Origin: Eledone cirrhosa
Lineage: Eukaryota
NCBI GenBank assembly: GCA_964016885.1
Contig: OZ024742.1
Span: forward strand, 333,126,001 to 333,190,000
Direction of reading: 5' to 3'
DNA length: 64,000 nt
In this document: piece after piece, positions 46,644 through 61,353 of the stretch
Layout: every line of letters begins with the position of its first letter
Numbering within the stretch: position 1 is the stretch's first letter
Made by a program: the position numbers and the translations under genes
Notes under the pieces: generated by a model
Databases searched by the model: none
What the model was told of the DNA's origin: nothing
Seen by the model: the letters and a program-made list of their open reading frames with translations, nothing else

Positions 46644-48133
46644 TGTGTATGTGTGCGTGCGTGTGTACGCATACACATGTATTCTCCTATGTAGAACCCA
46701 ATACAGCGGCTCTCGTTTACTGAAGTGGAGATGGTAAATTGGGTGTGGGGGGGGTGGGGTGATTTTTTAGAATCACCAAACTGTACAAATATTTAATTTC
46801 ATGGCCCTTCAAATCTATTGTGTTTACTTCTGTAGTGGTGAAAGTGGCGGTGACAGTGACGTTGTTATTTTGGGTTATGATGGTGGGTTTGAGGGTCGTA
46901 TTAATCCCGTGGTAGTTTTAATGGTTGTAGAGGTGATGCTGATTGTTCTGGTGGAGTCAGCACTATCGTTTTCATGACGGTGATAGAGATATATAGGTTG
47001 AGATAATGGTGTGCTGTTGGTGTTTATAATGAGGACGATGATGCTGTTAATGTTGGTGAATACTTCAATTTGTGTTGATATTTGTTCGGGTGATGATATT
47101 TGGTTTGGTGACTATTTTGGTGTGCAGTACTTTCATTGCGACTTTTACCTTTGTTGATAATGAGGTTGATCAGCTTGATATTGACGTTGATGAAAATTAC
47201 CCCAAGTTGCTAAGGTGGAATATCGCTTATTGGGATTTGAACTCAGAATGCAGGGAGCCAGAACAATTTCCAGAGAGTAGTTTGTCGACGTTCTACCATT
47301 GTCAATACAACAAACTGTTGAACGTGATAATGTTGATCATACTTGTATGTCATGTATGCTATGGACTACTGAGGAATGAACGGTCAGTGATCGATAGTAG
47401 ATGGACAGCGATCGATAATTGGTGGTCAGTGATCAGTATTTCATGGTCCCTGTGATTAATGTGGAGAAGAAAAATCGAATATTCGTGCGTGGACAATAAA
47501 AAGCGTTGATATCTACAAACATGGCGCCAAATATCTTAATGTGAATATCTAACTACAGACACGTATACTTACAGTCACATACACATATGTGCACACACCT
47601 GGCTTTCTCTCTGTATATATGCACTCACATATACATACCCCCCCCCCCACACACACACATACACACACACATATATGTGTGTGTGTGTGTGCATATATAT
47701 GTGCATAAGTGTGTGTGTACACATGCGTATATATAATATGCCGTTTACTTTGTGATCTCATTGTCTTAAATATAAACAGTGTTTTGAATACTATTTTTGA
47801 TCAGCATTGTGCAAAGTCAGGTTCCTGTTAATGAGATTAAACAGGTGCACGTGACTCAATTGATGCTCCGCTAATACGAAACGAACAAGTGTGGATATTG
47901 AAAGTGGGTTTTCAAATGTCAATGTAGTAAAGTTGCAGCAGTATTTACCTTTTCCAGGTTAGCCAAATTAACACATTGCTAATTCATTCAACACCGTGGG
48001 AGTTTTGCTGTCGGCCATTGTAAACTATCACGTTATGTAGACATATGCCAGGTATTTCGGCGCTCACCCGCCGATAGCGAATCAGTTTTATTAATCTTTG
48101 GACCTTTTACTACAGTTATTTATCTTAGGTAAC

Positions 48134-48430
48134 TGCACATAGCTTCGTGGTTAAGGTGTTCGATTCAGGATCGTACGACTGTTAGTTAAATACCCGGCAA
48201 TTTATTGTGGCTTCGCCCAAGAGATTTTGTTTCGCGTTGCTCAAGTTTTCTCAGCGCGCAGATGTGAGTTTTACCTGAAATTCACAACACCACTATGTCA
48301 GTTTGAATCTCCATACGAACAACAACATTAAATGAGTACATGTAGAATACTTAGGCACTTGCATGTTAATGTCAAGAACAGACCATTTTATTGTTCGAAT
48401 AACTGGAACAAACGTCGTCGGAACTGATGC
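48134..48430 (+). mobile_element. SINE family 2, decayed
   Basis: tagcttcgtggttaaggtgttcga head; tttcgcgttgctc. Confidence 0.55.
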
Positions 48431-51400
48431 GAAACAGAGTTACCATATGTAGTGTGTTTCTGCTGTTTTCCTGTATATATAAACACAAATTTAGAAGTTG
48501 ATGTCGAATATTATACAATTTTATAACTGTCGATTCAGGTATAGTTGAGTCGTTAAACAGTTCGATTTGCAATAGGGATATCTCAGGTGCGATCACACTG
48601 TACATCTAACTGGCTTAATTGTTGTTCAGAGTTCAAAAATAAAATGTTAAATGTATTCACATTAAGTTTTTGCCTGCGTTGGATTTAAAACATTGATTGA
48701 AATCAGGAAAAAATTTGGCAGTTACTTTAATGTGTAAGATTAAGTGCCACAGTAACTGCTCTGACTCATTGCACTCTGATTTCAAATCTCGTTGTTGTAT
48801 ATTCATCATTCATCTTTTCACAGTCAATAAATAATGTAACACACAATGGCGATGTATTGGAATTGTTACAGCTTAAGACGGTTTGCTATACAAGGTCTGA
48901 TTCGTCTTAGGTGGGTACATGTTCTACCTCTTCCTGTCATGAGTTACGACCGGCAGATAGTATCTGCAATAGAAACAGATAATACCACTAATGGAAACAT
49001 TATTCCGATCTGATGATCAGCTTACTTCCTTTATGAGATTTTGATATTAATTAGGAATTTGCCATCGTTTTACATATTAATGGGTCAATATCTTGTAGTT
49101 GAATTTTCGAATCAGCGAAACATTTCTAAATAGCTGTCGCTGAAATATTGCTGTTGAATATTCCTGTAGTCTCTTAATGAGGATTGTGTGTTAATCCTAC
49201 TGCCTGAAATGTTGATTATTACACTTCATTTGTTTCATACTTTTGTGTTTGTTGGTGACATATGTCACATTCATAGACTTCAAAATGTTTACAATCAGAA
49301 GTGTTGCAACGATTAAGACGAACTAGGCAGCCGCGTATGTAGTCTTCATCAGCATTACGCTTCCTTGAACTTTAATTTTTCACAGCTTTATACAAATTTG
49401 CGTTCAATATACAAAAGCTATATGAGCAATTTTTTTTTGTGTGATCAGAGGAAGAATTGTCAAAATCTAGGTGTGTTGGCGTAAAAAGCTGTGGGTTGAA
49501 GTAATTTTATTTGGAAGAATATAGTCCACGATCTAGATGGCTGCATACCCTTTGCCGGCTCGATTACTGGGCTTTTGAACTCTTGACACTCTTGCTCAGA
49601 TCAGCCAGTAATATTTCAATCGTGGTCAGAGAGGGTAAAGGTACAAGACACATTTACTCTAATATATGACAATAGTTGCCAAGATAATACAGTTAATAAT
49701 AATTGTGGTACTAAAATAACATGTAAAGTAGAGCGTTTTGAAGAATTAAGGAAAAGAGGAATATTTGATGTATGGGAATGAAAGTATTTGTTGAGTTTTG
49801 CTTCATGCTCAAAGAAGTATTAAGGAACATTTTGAAGCTTTCTAGGCCAAGAGTTTAAAGAATTGCACCATTTGCTCATTGAAGCGTTCAAATTCTTTCA
49901 GTTTACCACGGTAGGTGAACATGTCAGAACAATACGCAGTTATATAGAAGATAAAGATTATTTCAAACCTCAATTCAATGAAAATTTCAATAACAATCAC
50001 GTGATTTAGTCTCATGATCTTGTTGAAATTTTCCTTTCTTTAAATTTCCCTTTTGCTCTTTCTTGTATTTACTCTTGTTCGTGTTTTTGTTGCCAATATG
50101 ATAGTGGTAGTAGTGGTGGTGGTTGATGTTAATATTGTGGTTGTTGTTGTTTTTGTTGTTATTTGTTTTTCATTCAAAGAGAATTAGTCATCCGAATGTG
50201 AAATATATTTAATTAAACTATTTGAAGAAGTTCTAAGAAGAGAAATAAAACAGTAGAAATGTCAAATAGCGGAAACACATTAAGTTTGACTTATCATGAA
50301 ATCAACACACCACTACCAATAACTACCACAACAAACGCCATCGCACAAACTACAACAACAACCAACACATCATACACAACCAACAACTACCACAATAAAC
50401 ACCACCGCACATAAAACTAACAAAAACTAACACGTGACACTACGCCGCAGATATCGCAACTCTCGCAAGAACTACCACGTTATACCCCATCGCACATTTC
50501 ATAACAATAAAAACAACTATCGCAGCAAATTCCACTACCGTAAACTACATCACTAACATCAGATAACACAACAAACGCTACTACAAAGTAAATAACAAAC
50601 CACAGCTTACATCAACATCTACAACAACATCATAACCAACCAACATCGCCTTTGATGCCAAAACAAATAGAAATACTCGCAGAAAATTCAAACTCATTTC
50701 TTTGTATCTCGATTTCTCCCATAACTTGATAACTATTTTCATCATTATCTCGATAACTATCCCATTAGACATTAGCGCGAATATGGTAGTATCTACACTC
50801 AATCTGCTAGAAATAACAGCCAAATCTCTCTTAAATAAAATATGATCATCTTGAAAATGAAATAACTATAGATCGTGTACTTCCAAATATATATAGATGA
50901 TAATTGATGAGATAAAGCGCCGTTATATTAATCTCCATTTTATAACATCGATATTAATAAACTCTTTTGTTAAGAAATCAACTGAAAGTGTCCCTGCTTC
51001 TATGATATGTTTCTTTTAGAGTGTTTATATTTTTCTAAAACGCCTTCTGTCATATAGAGTAATATTTCAAACAACACCACAACATATTTCTAAATTCCTT
51101 ACTTTTAAAATTATTGGAAATTCATAGGCTCTTTATAAGATATATATATGATAATGAATTGGTCAAACTACATTTCTATACGTAAGTGGTTACCTGTGGT
51201 AAACGGCTTAAATACCACAATCTACTTTGATTCTATGTATTGTGACAACTTGTGGGAGCCGATTAATGATGCTAGACATGCTAGAAATAGCAGCAAAACC
51301 ACCTCGGAATCACTCAACAAGCATTTTATTAAAAATGAAAGTAAAGATAAATGTACTGTGTACAAACAGAAAGACACAAAATGTTAGGTAGAGGTATCAG

Positions 51401-51702
51401 TCCTGGGGCCGATTAAAATTCGACTCGCTCTTTGTCTCACTTTCTCTGGAAAAAAAAATCGGTTTTGGCCAGCTATGATGAGGAATACGTCTTCTGTTAC
51501 AATGGCGTCCTAACGACAACATAACAAATTCAGGGCCCATGGATGAATTAATGAAATTAAAATATCGAATACGTAACATTTGAGACGATGCTATAACCAA
51601 AATTTCAATATCTAAAGAGATGTATATGACGTGCACATGCAGCAAAAAACTGAGATTTGAAAAATTAATTGCATCTAAAATTATATGAATAACATAAATA
51701 AT

Positions 51703-51780
<78 letters not shown>

Positions 51781-52305
51781 GTGTGCGTGTACATTTAGAT
51801 ACGTAGATATTAACATTATATATATATATATATAAGCTGCAACATACATTTCACCTCTTCCTACTTCAGTTTCTTCAACGTCGTCGTCTTCGTCGTTACT
51901 TTCATGATTTTTTATATCTAAGGTGTAGTGGGAGGAAATAATACTGCTTTTTCAAGCGAAATACCACGATAAATACAACGATAAATATAACAACAGCAAT
52001 AACAACGAGAATGGAACAACAAAGTGCGTGTATACAACTTACAACATTAACAAAAATGACAATACCAGAAAAACGGAAATAAATCGATAAATATGAGTAA
52101 ATTTTATTTCAAGGAACTGTCAAGCCTATTGTAGTTAGAAAATAAACGATGGCCACCCCGCTGGGGTATTGAAATGTTTTCTTAAATGGAGATAAACTTT
52201 CAAGTCACAACGAAAGAGCAATGGATGTTGAAGATAAAATATCAATGTACATATTACATACATACATAGAAATGGGTATATATTCATAAGTGCTTAAGAG
52301 CATAA

Positions 52306-52381
<76 letters not shown>

Positions 52382-52434
52382 GCATGCATACATATATATA
52401 TGAATATGAGCATACAGACACATATATTTGCATT

Positions 52435-52468
<34 letters not shown>

Positions 52469-52492
52469 AATCCACTCACACATATATATTTA

Positions 52493-52571
52493 CAGGGTGT
52501 CCCCAATATTGTATATACAATTTGATTAGAATGCTGTTGAAGTGTATATATACATATTTTAGGACACCCTA
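52493..52571. mobile_element. Tiny Tc1/mariner-type MITE
   Basis: TA-CAGGGTGTCC...GGACACCCTA-TA, with imperfect inverted arms. Confidence 0.7.
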
Positions 52572-53629
52572 TATATATGTATATATACTTCAACACCTGG
52601 TACATCTATATACTTACATCTACATATGTTGTCTAGTTGTAAATAACTAATAACAAAACAAAATCCCTTTTCTACACTTCATGGGATAACATATCGTATT
52701 TTTCATTAATTTTCCTCACCCAAATTCAACAACAATAGCTATATCAGCAACAGTACAGCTACTACAATAACAGAACTGTAAGAATACTACTATAACAACG
52801 AGAAAATCAGCACAGCACACTAAAACTCCTAAAAAAACAACAACACAACAATAGCATGTATAACAACCACAACATCACAATAATATCAATACAAGAACAC
52901 TAACAAGATCAGCATGAATAATACGAACATCAACGGAACCAAGAGCAACACCTGATATCAAAAACAAGAATAGTAACACTTCCAATATCTACAAATCGTG
53001 CCACTACCGTCACCCTAACTACAACAACGAAAACATCAACAACAATTATAACAATAACATAGTGGTAACAAAATTCAGCGAACAAAACTCGATATTTGCT
53101 TCCTTTTTAACGTTGTATTTCTCATATTTTATTCCTATTTTTTAACCCTCTGCATTTATTTTAAAACATTACTCTTCTGTTTTCTTGTGTAACCCCCACC
53201 CCCACCCTCTTACTCGTGAATTATTTTTGGTTAGAAAAGAAACAAATATCTTTCAACAAACAATTTTGATCATAAATCTTGGCTGTTTTAGCAAAGAAAC
53301 ACATAACTTTACAACAAATATGTTGTTGTTTTGCATATACGAAAGCTGTATATACTAAAAGGTTGTAGAAGCAATAAAAAAAAAATTTAAAGTATTTTTT
53401 TTTAGAATCAGCTTTGCTTACAATGAAATAGACTATATATTCAAATATATAACACATTTCCTTCTTCGTCAGAAGGGAACAACCTGTTTTGGTTAATTTT
53501 TACTCATTTGGCACAACGTGGGCTGAATTATTTTATTGATAACTAGAGTCAATCACATTTTTAACACCACTACAACGGTGTGGGTCTGCTCAATTGGAAT
53601 ACGCAATTTGCTGCTGCTGTTGCTGCTGC

Positions 53630-53790
53630 TTCTTCTTCTTCGCCCACATATTTCTGAGAGAGTCGTGGGACCAGCGGGTCCTTTCAGAAGCAACACATTC
53701 CAAACGAGACCAGCTAAGCTGATGGATGTTATCCAACCATCATGCTCGGGGTCTAACCCTGAGTCTGCTGCCGGTCGGTTTTGCCCGTAA
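53630..53790 (-). mobile_element. RTE LINE 3' end with (GAA) tail
   Basis: Shares atggatgttat.caaccatc.tgctcgggg with 34445-34473. Confidence 0.6.
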
Positions 53791-55339
53791 CATTTTTTGC
53801 AAACAAGAATATGAAAACAAAAAGAATATATTCTTGTTTGCAATTAGAAGCGATTAATATTAGAATTATCATATGATGACTAGGTTAAGTCCGCTCTATC
53901 AGAGAAATCTTTCCTCGCAGTATTTCTTTTCATCTATTGAAGTTGAAAGGCCGAATCTTCCAAGGTCAAATTTACATTTCAACTCCCACCCCCTGTGTCA
54001 ATAAAAGAACACATCTGTCAAGTAGTGAGGTTAATGTTAGTCGACTATACACATTTTTTCCAAATTTGATTTATTGTGATTATTGTTTGAAACGATTGAA
54101 CTTTAGATTAAATAACTTGTCGCATTTACTTTCATCTCAGTACTTTATAAGTTCAAAGGTATTACTAAAATCATGACGTGGGGTAATTTAATTTAATTTT
54201 GAAAAAGAAAGGAAAGCAGAGTCGATGGTCAGATCAGAACAAGGAAATTATGTTTCTATTGGTCCTTCCATTGCTAATGATATCTGCCGATTTCAATCCC
54301 TGGCTAGGGAGAAAGGATTTGAAGACTCGGAGCCGAATCATAGGTAACAAATCACCACATCAAATTATGTAACAATCCTGGCAATCTATCACCCTATATC
54401 TCGTACTTTATTTATCAAACCCGAAAGACTGAAAGGCATGTTGATTGCGAGAGGGGTGTAAATTCAGACAACCGGAAAAATTATTAAGACATTTGATACG
54501 ATGCTCTAATGACCCTGTCAATTCGCTGAACATAGTCTCTCTCCAAATATTTGGCCTGTTACAAATCAATATATAAGTGGCTTTGAATTACGCTGGCTTG
54601 ATTTACTTAGATTGGCAATAATGCGATTCATTTTTTCGGCAATTTGCCCCCTCTACAAGCGTAATATCAAGATTTTATTTTCGGTTTATTTTCCAGCTTC
54701 ATTTGTGTCGAATTCCTACATTGTCCGAAATTTTGACGTGATAACATTTGTATCCTTACAACTTATATACAATAACTAGTGAATTAGTTATTATTCAGAT
54801 ATTATTTATCTACTTCAAATGAGATTTTCTGATTTAATTGTGATTATAAGGCTTGCTTGCGATTCCAAACTGTTCACTCTTCATAGGGTATTTTACCATT
54901 TTAATGTAAAGTTATTTTGAAATAATAAGAATAGAAAAAAAGAGAAGTCATTTCAGATAAGAGGAAATTAGTTAATCTGAGTGATCAACTTGTCAAGAAA
55001 TCAAACCAACCCATCAATTTTCAAGATAAAATGAAAGTCATTCACCGAATAGAAGAGGGTGAGACTTAGACTAAGAGACGTAAAGTGACTGAAATGACGA
55101 TAATGAAAAATGTTGAGAAAATGATAAGTTTAATGTAGTTTAATTAGAGTAAAAGTGGTGTAAGCGATCTAATTTTTTTAAAATTAATAGTTCAAATGTA
55201 ATACGTGAAAGTCTAAGGAGATAAGGGAAAGAGTTGTGAAGAATGAAATCAAGAAACTGAATCTCACAAACCAATTTGCCGTACTACAAAAGGCGCGCAC
55301 AGCACTCCAAGCAGAGTGACAATGAAAGTAAATATGGAG

Positions 55340-55770
55340 AGATATCTGCGACTACACTGAGAGGTCTCTTAAGCCTGCAGTGGAAGACAGCGTAGTTGGT
55401 GTCACAACGAAACGCACTCGGTACTCCTCACTCAAACATTGATATCTGAACAGACCAAGATAACATACGATGGAGATTCGTCTGAAATTGTCGAGCACAT
55501 GTCACACACCTGAGAGTGAATGACACAGCAAGGTTCACCCAGTGCATTCGTAACGAGTAGGGATTGTGCTAAGATAGAATGAACCCAATAAACCTTAAGA
55601 AATGCTACAACTAGTGTCACGATAAAATGCGGCGTGTACAATGTGGAAAGTTGTTGGCGTTAGGACGGATAACCACATTATGGGGGATACAAGCAAGACA
55701 AATCATCCAAACTATCTTGTCTCTGACGTGAACATCCATCCAATCCATATCAGAGGATATGGGTGATGAC
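55340..55770 (+). mobile_element. Possible very old RTE RT remnant
   Basis: KITYDGDSSEIVEH weakly resembles IxxDGxxLExVxxF; locally higher GC. Confidence 0.25.
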
Positions 55771-56065
55771 AGACAGAATGGGTAAGAAGGAATCACACGC
55801 TAGTAGCAATCACAGAGTATAAATATCTCACATAATGTTGAAATTACTGTAGTTGAGTTACAACAATTTTAATTATGTTAGTAGACTTTCTTGAATATAT
55901 AAAATTTTTAACGAATAAAATCTTCTTCACACAAAATGTGTATGTATGTACGTGTATATGTATGTGTGTATGCATGTATATATAGTTATATGTATATATG
56001 TAAATATGTATGTAAGTATGATATACGTATGTATGGATGTACGTAAGGATCCAAGCATGTAGGAA

Positions 56066-56146
<81 letters not shown>

Positions 56147-56149
<3 letters not shown>

Positions 56150-56840
56150 GGTAAATATCTTTAAGTCGTTTGGAAGCCTCGACAATGCAAATGGGTAAAT
56201 CTCCGGGTATCAAGATCCGGTGGTGGAGGGAGAGATGTAAGTGGGTGTACGTTGAGATGCGTGGTGTGTATAAGACGTGTAGAGGAATGAAGGAAAGAGT
56301 ATAAAGGATAAAATAAAAATAACAACACGAGAGAGAGTTACCTTGGGAGAGATTTAATTGTCCCTATATATTTCGGATTCACATCCATCAACTGGGGGTT
56401 TTTCCGGGGTGGGGGAAAGGTTGTCTGTCGGAAAGGTGCGAAACGCGTCCTCTGCTGTTTGTTGTTTTGAATATCGATATTCAAACAACAAACAGCGGAG
56501 GACGCGTTTCGTTCCATTCCGACAGACGACCTTTCCCCCACCCCGGAAAAAACCTCAGTTGATGGATGTGAATCCGAAATATATAGGGACAATTAAATCT
56601 CTCCCAAGGTAACTCTCTCTCGTGTTGTTATTTTTATTTTATCCTTTATACTCTTTCCTTCATTCTTCTACACATCTCATACCCACCACGCATCTCAACG
56701 TACACCCACTTACATCTCTCCCTCCACCACCGGATCTTGATACCCGGAGATTTACCCATTTGCATTGTCGAGGCTTCCAAACGACTTAAAGATATTTACC
56801 TATTATTCCACAATGCTTTAAGCAAACTTCAATACTCTCC
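56147..56840. mobile_element. Family E: ~655-bp spacerless palindrome in (TA)n
   Basis: Arms 56147-56475 and 56476-56803, about 11 differences counted by eye; centre gaatatc|gatattc; right arm extends to 56840. Confidence 0.9.
56553..56588 (+). ncRNA. Hammerhead-like motif with divergent core (mirror copy 56362-56397 on -)
   Basis: CC(U/C)-CAGUUGA-U-GGAU(GUGA)AUCC-GAAA-U(AU)A-UA/GGG. Confidence 0.35.
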
Positions 56841-56878
56841 TATATATGTATATATATGTTATATATATATATTATATA

Positions 56879-56981
<103 letters not shown>

Positions 56982-57002
56982 TATATATATTATATATATA
57001 TA

Positions 57003-57113
<111 letters not shown>

Positions 57114-57131
57114 CATATATATATATTATAT

Positions 57132-57165
<34 letters not shown>

Positions 57166-57255
57166 ATATATATATATATATAATATATATATATGTATGA
57201 TATATATGTACAGTAGAATATATATATATATACATACATGCACACATATATATAT

Positions 57256-57540
57256 GCACGTATCGGTTTACCGAACATTTATTATAATGCTCGGTTTGTT
57301 TGTAAACAAACAAACAACCCGAATTACGCCGTACAGTGTTTAGGCACCCACGTCACCTTTTTGTTCAACACTGACACAGGAACGATGTACTAGTTTCAAG
57401 CTTATTAGCTATCATCAGCATCGTATACCTTCCTGCCAGATGGTTGAACGTCTGAAAGTATATACTTTCCTTATGCATATTAACGGCTGAGCAGCCTAAT
57501 TTGCATCGAATGAGTTTAGACGGCCGGGCACACCGAAAAC
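57256..57540 (-). mobile_element. Family D element carrying an intact hammerhead
   Basis: Repeat of 13946-14094 extended through the ribozyme; ends in (TA)n. Confidence 0.8.
57382..57424 (-). ncRNA. Minimal type I hammerhead ribozyme
   Basis: ACGAUG-CUGAUGA-U-AGCU(AAUA)AGCU-U-GAAA-C(UA)G-UA/CAUCGU: 6-bp stem I, canonical core, palindromic stem III ACUAGU. Confidence 0.85.
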
Positions 57541-57541
57541 G

Positions 57542-57699
57542 ATAAATGGAATAGAATGAAACGAAATTTTTATGTCTCACTCTTAGTACGGCATACATAT
57601 ATGTATACATATATGTATGTACGTATACATACATACTTACATTTAAGTGAGTGCTGTACTAAGAGTGAGAAATGCAATTTCGTTTCATTCTATTCCATT

Positions 57700-57703
<4 letters not shown>
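57542..57703. repeat. ~52-bp inverted repeat pair
   Basis: ataaatggaatagaatgaaacgaaatt..tctcactcttagtac versus gtactaagagtgaga..aatttcgtttcattctattccatttat. Confidence 0.8.
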
Positions 57704-57730
<27 letters not shown>

Positions 57731-57744
57731 CTGTGTGTGTGTGT

Positions 57745-57909
<165 letters not shown>

Positions 57910-57967
57910 GGTATCTGTGTGTGTGTGTGTATACATTATATATATATATATTTATATAATATATTTA

Positions 57968-58052
57968 TTTTCATCGTTACGGGGTCGATAAAATAAAGTA
58001 CCAGTGGTACACTGGAATAATTGCTGGCCTTGTGCTAAAAGTAGAAACAATT
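57968..58052 (+). mobile_element. SINE family 1, 3' half
   Basis: tttcatcgttacggggtcgataaaataaagtaccag..ggccttgtgc. Confidence 0.85.
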
Positions 58053-58055
58053 GTA

Positions 58056-58101
<46 letters not shown>

Positions 58102-58894
58102 GTTTTCTTCATAGAGTAACTGCCACAGCGTTAAACCTCAAGTAGACGTTCGACAAGTTACATATAACAAGAAAAAGCCTCTACAATAATTGAATTCTTA
58201 GAAATTCTAAAGAAAACATTGTCTGGAAAATATGAATATAAATACTTAAAACAGGAATAGTCACAGCTGGAACTTCTTTGATAACATTTCTGCTTGATCG
58301 AAAAAATCCTTGGGCAGAAGTGTAAAAAGAGAATTAATACAGCACCATGTTGTTATAGCAAGAGTGAAAAAGGTGTTACCTATATATTCAATGATTATAA
58401 TATCTTCAAAATTAAGTATGGAGAGTGCACAAATATAAACATACGTACGAAAATGCGATTAACTGACAGAAAATAGTGATTATAGATTACTTGTAGTTAT
58501 AGATATATTAAATATTGGAGTTCCTATATACTTTTAAATGTATGAAATAACGTCAATCTTAAAAGCCAATCCAGAATGAAGAGATTCACACATTCTACCT
58601 CTGTCGATCAGACTACTTATCGATCCATGTATCTGTCTATCTATCTCTCTATCTATCTCTCCTCTGTTTCTTGATGTTAATATATATATATAGAGAGAGA
58701 GTTATATATATAGATGAAATCGCGACCGGTGATGTTACCTATCTCATATTTATACCTATACATATATGTGTGTGCGTCTTTTGTCTCAAATCATGGAGAC
58801 GGTTGCTTCGGAGAGGAAACTCGAGAAAGAAGGCTAGTATGGCTTTCAACACGCATGACCCTATCAGAAATTACCGATTATGATGAAGACGAAG

Positions 58895-58981
<87 letters not shown>

Positions 58982-59270
58982 TGTATATAGGTATACATGG
59001 AAATACAGAAATATGATATCTATTTTGTATACGATTTCAGCCGAAATAATATATATGAGAATATGCTCTCGCTTTAGAAAAATCTTTTCTTTCATTGCAT
59101 ATGCAAATATAGATGATTTGCGTCTGCATATGTTTATTGCAATGTACGTTTGTGTGCATACGAATATGCTATGTCATGTGTACGTGTGGGCAAGACGTAC
59201 AAACAAACGTCAATCCTTTATATAACAGTGGGCATGCACACACAAACACGTATGTAGATGCTCGCACAAA

Positions 59271-59343
<73 letters not shown>

Positions 59344-60024
59344 CACTCGTGTTCACTTGTATACGTATGTAATTACTTACCTACATATTGAAATATGCTT
59401 ATGAGCCTGCAGTTATGAATAAAGTACAATCTGAAAGCACGCACATAAGTACAGACATACACACATACCCATTTCACTCTTTAGTTTTTAATCTCATATA
59501 TCTGATGCAGCTGTGAGTGGTATCTTATATGTATTATATCCCTCCATACCACCCCGCGCCAAATGTAACAAGTCAGATTTGCCTATGATTTATAGGGTTA
59601 GATCCTACTTATTATAGTTTTATATATGTGTATAGTAGTGTCTTGAAATAAGAGGAGGTGGGCTTTTTGCAACGTGTAAGTTGGTTCCTTGGTATATATA
59701 ATTATGTGTATCAACATACAAACATATATATATATATATATATAGATATATATATATATAATGGGGACGTGGGGCGTGTGTGCGTGTGTATATATATGTA
59801 TATGTGTGTGTGTGTACAAACTCACATACAGATATACATATATATAAATCTGAGTGTGTGTCTGCATGAGTCTGTGAGTCCGCGCGTGCTTTCGGACAAA
59901 AAATATGATTGCATCGGTGTGTGCGTTTAGAAATCACCAGCGTATGGAAAATAAGGACATATAAGTCTGACAGATATATCTATATCTTCACGTACACACA
60001 CACATATTCATATTTATATAGTCT

Positions 60025-60092
<68 letters not shown>

Positions 60093-60093
60093 T

Positions 60094-60156
<63 letters not shown>

Positions 60157-60377
60157 CACTACACACTTTTATCCGTTCTCTTTTTTGGCTTCATCAAAGT
60201 CAAAGTTTCTTTTCATTTTCCTGTTTCCTTACCAAGATTTCATTTAACTTCCCCTCCTCATATCTTTGATTCTTTGTCTACTTACTCCTTTCATGCATAT
60301 TGTTGATGTTTTTTTTCTGATGTACACACAGAGACACACACAAGTACACGCTCACAGACTCACACACATATAAATAC

Positions 60378-60408
<31 letters not shown>

Positions 60409-60440
60409 CACATGTATATATATACATATATATGTGTGTG

Positions 60441-60473
<33 letters not shown>

Positions 60474-60507
60474 ATATATGTGTGTGTGTATAAATTTATA
60501 TAAGAGA

Positions 60508-60539
<32 letters not shown>

Positions 60540-60727
60540 AAGAGAGAAAGAGAGAGAGAGAGAGAGAATTTCCTTTGCGATTTGTTTTTCAATATTTTCC
60601 ATACGTATTTATTCCTGCCAGACATGAAAACATTGACTGCTTGGATGTAAATAAGAATCATTCTGTTTCTTATCAATATGTCTATGTATTTTTGTGTATG
60701 TATTCTTATATATATAAATATATATAC

Positions 60728-60783
<56 letters not shown>

Positions 60784-60941
60784 TTATATATATATATATA
60801 TATATATGCAGAGGTTATATTTAATTTGTTGGGATTGAACAAGCTTAAACATTTTTATAACTGATATAAAGCACTCAACAGTTTAGTGGAGTAAATACAC
60901 GATATATTGATAAATGGAAACTATACTTATAAAACCATATT

Positions 60942-61007
60942 TATTTTATTATACATATTTCAAGGGCAACCAAGGCAAATTATGGTGCGCTTTCATCAGA
61001 TAAAATA
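60942..61007 (-). ncRNA. Type I hammerhead ribozyme (left arm of family F)
   Basis: UAUUUUAU-CUGAUGA-AAGCGCACCA..UGGUUGCCCUU-GAAA-UA(UG)UA-UA/AUAAAAUA. Confidence 0.85.
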
Positions 61008-61100
61008 CAGATTTGTTTTACAAATAAATATAGACATACCCGGAAAAAAGACAACCTTAACGGAGGCTCCATGTCAATATTTATTTGTAAAACAAATATG

Positions 61101-61166
61101 TATTTTATCTGATGAAAGCGCACCATAATTTGCCTTGGTTGCCCTTGAAATATATATAATAAAATA
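61101..61166 (+). ncRNA. Type I hammerhead ribozyme (right arm of family F)
   Basis: 8-bp stem I 61101-61108/61159-61166, CUGAUGA 61109-61115, long stem II, GAAA 61147-61150, stem III AUA(UA)UAU, predicted cut after A61158. Confidence 0.88.
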
Positions 61167-61208
61167 AATATGGTTTTATAAATATAGTTTCCATTTATTA
61201 ATATATTG

Positions 61209-61244
<36 letters not shown>

Positions 61245-61300
61245 ATGATGTATATATGCGCGTGTGTGAGTTTCAATGTGTGTTTCTGTGTAGGTGTGTT

Positions 61301-61347
<47 letters not shown>

Positions 61348-61353
61348 ATATAA

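Larger units (their letters stand above)
60808..61206. mobile_element. Family F fold-back element with two opposed hammerheads
   Basis: Arms 60902-61037 and 61071-61206, 33-nt spacer; left side probably extends to the (TA)n at 60807. Confidence 0.8.
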
